Under the pieces are notes generated by a model that saw only the letters and a program-made list of their open reading frames with translations, made no database searches and was not told the origin of the DNA. Positions 61,462 through 64,000 of a stretch of DNA of 64,000 nucleotides are shown here, in pieces. Within the stretch, counting starts at the first letter, position 1, and each line of letters opens with the position of its first letter. Origin of the DNA: Methylococcaceae bacterium (GTDB lineage Bacteria > Pseudomonadota > Gammaproteobacteria > Methylococcales > Methylomonadaceae); NCBI GenBank assembly GCA_021736705.1, contig JAIPFI010000001.1, positions 2,729 through 66,728 on the forward strand, written 5' to 3'. The position numbers and the translations under genes are program-made.

Positions 61462-62336
61462 GTAAGCGGGTAGATTCGGAATTAGGCTGGGGCGTTAGAT
61501 GGCCTGCTCCTGCAAAGTTAAACTTAATGTTAAGGATCGTTGGGCGGCGAGAAGATGGGTATCATTTGTTGCAGACAGTATTTCAACTTATTGATATTGA
61601 TGATGGCATAGTTTTTTATAAAACAGATGACGGGCGAGTGCGATTACAAAAAGCTATTCCAGGCGTTAAGGAGGTGGATGATTTGACTGTTCGGGCGGCA
61701 AATATGCTAAAGGATGAAACGGGCTATCAGGGGGGCGTCTGTATTGGTGTCGAAAAGAATTTGCCTATGGGCGGAGGATTAGGAGGAGGTAGTTCCGATG
61801 CGGCAACAGTTTTAGTGGTATTAAATCAGCTTTGGCAGCTGGGTTTGTCTAAGCAAAAACTAATGGATTTGGGTGTTAAACTAGGTGCGGATGTGCCGGT
61901 ATTTGTTAACGGGGCTAGTGTTTGGGCAGAGGGTGTTGGTGAGCAGTTGACGGAAATAAATTTGCCGGATGCTTGGTTTGTCATTGTTAAACCGGATTGT
62001 CATGTGGATACTGGGGAAATATTTTCGACAAAAGATTTGACAAGGGATAGTAAATCAATCAAAATGTGCGAATTCCAATCAGGACAGATCAAGAATGACT
62101 GTCAGGAAGTGGTAGAAAATATCCATATTGAAGTAAAAGAAGCTCTTGATGAGTTGTCTCGATATGGTGATTCAAGGCTGACAGGAACAGGGGCATGCGT
62201 CTTTGTTCAGTTTAAAGATAGGTTGTCAGCAGAGGAGGTTTTTAATAAGCTTACTTCAAAGAGAGAAGTTTATTTAGCTAAAGGATTAGCAATATCACCA
62301 TTGAAAAAACAAATGAGTGAACTCTTTAATTTCTAA
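61458..62336 (+). CDS. ispE: CDP-ME kinase
   Basis: APAKLNL, GYHLLQT, PMGGGLGGGSSDAA, GADVP, LTGTG. Confidence 0.97.
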   Translation: MSKRVDSELGWGVRWPAPAKLNLMLRIVGRREDGYHLLQTVFQLIDIDDGIVFYKTDDGRVRLQKAIPGVKEVDDLTVRAANMLKDETGYQGGVCIGVEKNLPMGGGLGGGSSDAATVLVVLNQLWQLGLSKQKLMDLGVKLGADVPVFVNGASVWAEGVGEQLTEINLPDAWFVIVKPDCHVDTGEIFSTKDLTRDSKSIKMCEFQSGQIKNDCQEVVENIHIEVKEALDELSRYGDSRLTGTGACVFVQFKDRLSAEEVFNKLTSKREVYLAKGLAISPLKKQMSELFNF

Positions 62337-62340
62337 ATAA

Positions 62341-62415
62341 TGGGCTGTCGCCAAGCGGTAAGGCACGGGGTTTTGATCTCCGCATACCCAGGTTCGAATC
62401 CTGGCAGCCCAGCCA
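62341..62415 (+). tRNA. tRNA-Gln(TTG)
   Basis: Acceptor TGGGCTG/CAGCCCA, anticodon arm CGGGG-TTTTGAT-CTCCG, GGTTCGAATCC, encoded CCA; classic ispE-tRNAGln-prs position. Confidence 0.97.
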
Positions 62416-62461
62416 TTTATCTTCCGTATTAAATCAGCTCCAAAATAATGGGGTGTTCTGA

Positions 62462-63430
62462 ATGAGTAATGCTTCAATGAGTGACACTTCAATGATGATT
62501 TTTTCTGGGAACGCAAACTTAGTGCTGTCGAAAGATATTGCGCGTCGATTGAGTATGCGTTTAGGAATGGCTACTGTAGGTCGCTTTAGTGATGGCGAAG
62601 TAACGGTGGAAATTGAGGAAAATGTAAGAGATAAAGATGTTTTTATTATTCAGCCGACATGTGCTCCGACAAATGAAAATTTGATGGAGTTGTTAGTTAT
62701 GATTGATGCGCTTAAAAGAGCGTCAGCCTCAAGAATAACGGCTGTTATGCCGTATTATGGATATGCTCGTCAGGATAGGCGGTCGCGTTCAGCGCGAGTG
62801 GCTATTAGTGCAAAGCTAGTTGCTAAAATGGTTGGTGTGGCAGGTGCAGATAGAGTGTTGACTGTTGACTTGCATGCAGATCAGATTCAAGGTTTTTTCG
62901 ATATACCCGTTGATAATGTTTATGCGTCACCACTATTGTTGGGTGATGTTTGGCGTCAAAATTATAAAGATTTGATTGTTGTTTCGCCTGATGTGGGTGG
63001 TGTGGTTAGGGCAAGGGCTTTAGCGAAGCGTTTGGATGATGCGGATTTAGCAATTATAGATAAGCGTAGACCTATGGCGAATGTTGCTGAGGTGATGCAT
63101 ATAATTGGTGATGTAAGTGGTAAAACTTGCGTCATGATTGATGATTTAGTGGATACGGCTGGGACGCTGTGTAGTGCGGCAGCTGCTTTAAAAAAGCAGG
63201 GCGCAGTTAAGGTGGTTGCATATTGTACGCATCCAGTATTGTCGGGAAAGGCAATAGAAAATTTACGTAACTCCGAGTTAGATGAGTTGGTAGTAACTGA
63301 TACGATTCCGTTGAATAAAGAAGCGGAAGCGCTGGGGAAGATACGGCAGTTAAGTGTTGCAGATATGTTGGCTGAAACAATTAGAAGGATAGCCGTTGGT
63401 GAGTCGGTTAGTTCGCTGTATGTTGATTAA
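62462..63430 (+). CDS. prs: Ribose-phosphate pyrophosphokinase
   Basis: [35 protein letters not shown]; start may be 62477. Confidence 0.98.
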   Translation: MSNASMSDTSMMIFSGNANLVLSKDIARRLSMRLGMATVGRFSDGEVTVEIEENVRDKDVFIIQPTCAPTNENLMELLVMIDALKRASASRITAVMPYYGYARQDRRSRSARVAISAKLVAKMVGVAGADRVLTVDLHADQIQGFFDIPVDNVYASPLLLGDVWRQNYKDLIVVSPDVGGVVRARALAKRLDDADLAIIDKRRPMANVAEVMHIIGDVSGKTCVMIDDLVDTAGTLCSAAAALKKQGAVKVVAYCTHPVLSGKAIENLRNSELDELVVTDTIPLNKEAEALGKIRQLSVADMLAETIRRIAVGESVSSLYVD

Positions 63431-63465
63431 TATTTTAAAGTTGTTGTAGGGTGTGGAGAAGTTAG

Positions 63466-64000
63466 ATGTCTAGCGTTTTTGAGTTTAATGCTGTAAATCG
63501 GGTAGCTGCAGGGACAAGTTCCGCTAAAGCTAGCCGTAGAAACGGCAATATTCCTGCTGTTGTTTATGGTGGTAATGGCGAGCCAGAGTTAATTGAGTTA
63601 AATCACAATGAAGTTGTTAAGAGCTTGGTGAATGAGGCGGTTTATTCGCATATTTTACAGCTCAACATTGGTGGTAAAGTTGAGAATGCAATCTTAAAAG
63701 ATATGCAAAGACATCCGGCAAAAACCCAGATTTTACATATGGATTTTATGCGCGTTGTTATGGGTGAGAAGTTAAAAATAAACGTACCTTTGCATTTTGT
63801 AAATGAAGAGTTATCGCCTGGAGTGAAAGAGGGTGGCGTGGTTATGCATTCGATGATTGATATTGAAATCGAGTGTTTGCCAAGAAATATACCTGAATAT
63901 ATAGAGGTTGATTTAACTGGTTTGGAGATAGGTGACTCTATTCATATGTCTCAGCTTGCTTTGGTGGATGGTCTTGAAATTGTAGCTTTAACGCATGGTG
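63466..64000 (+). CDS. rplY: 50S ribosomal protein L25/Ctc (3' end outside window)
   Basis: MSSVFEFNAVNR...SRRNGNIPAVVYGG...KDMQRHP...HMDFMRV; GGAG RBS; follows prs. Confidence 0.96.
   Translation, partial: MSSVFEFNAVNRVAAGTSSAKASRRNGNIPAVVYGGNGEPELIELNHNEVVKSLVNEAVYSHILQLNIGGKVENAILKDMQRHPAKTQILHMDFMRVVMGEKLKINVPLHFVNEELSPGVKEGGVVMHSMIDIEIECLPRNIPEYIEVDLTGLEIGDSIHMSQLALVDGLEIVALTHG

Noticed and set aside
62341-62461. tRNA-Gln as an island integration site
   Set aside because: prs follows directly; no integrase or duplicated 3' end seen
640-62516. Many 60-127 aa ORFs antisense to or overlapping core genes (e.g. 2755-3081, 34088-34471, 50681-50989, 53896-54270, 62295-62516)
   Set aside because: Shadow ORFs of well-identified genes or the tRNA; no recognisable motifs

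Overview
AT-rich (roughly 40% GC by eye) gammaproteobacterial chromosomal segment, mostly core genes on the + strand: yggS (partial), polA, engB, cytochrome c4-dsbA-diguanylate cyclase, nfeD-SPFH, moxR-DUF58-rlmJ-transglutaminase, gnd/zwf/pgl, DAHP synthase, a thiS-thiG fusion, trmB, a dynamin-like GTPase, mpl, pstSCAB-phoU, typA, hisBHAFIE-tatABC, prmC-prfA-hemA, lolB-ispE-tRNA-Gln-prs-rplY (partial). The gene content and hypothetical proteins resemble Methylococcales (Methyloprofundus-like); this is an inference, and no methanotrophy genes are in the window. No CRISPR array, rRNA, integrase or transposase is visible. The most interesting locus is 18.8-20.3 kb: a decayed sigma-54 activator, phased CTGTCA repeats, a sigma-54 promoter and a c-di-GMP-I-like riboswitch with a non-canonical ligand-contact base, upstream of a PEP-CTERM-like surface protein that has the three motifs of a Cys-Gln thioester (covalent adhesin) domain. 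Other points: two distinct MITE types with clear target-site duplications that carry palindromic cargo (one disrupts a methyltransferase pseudogene, one sits inside a REP); an uncharacterised duplicated-domain lipoprotein behind a Pho box; a three-gene insert splitting gnd from zwf-pgl; and a DUF692/DUF2063 RiPP-modification pair with no adjacent precursor.
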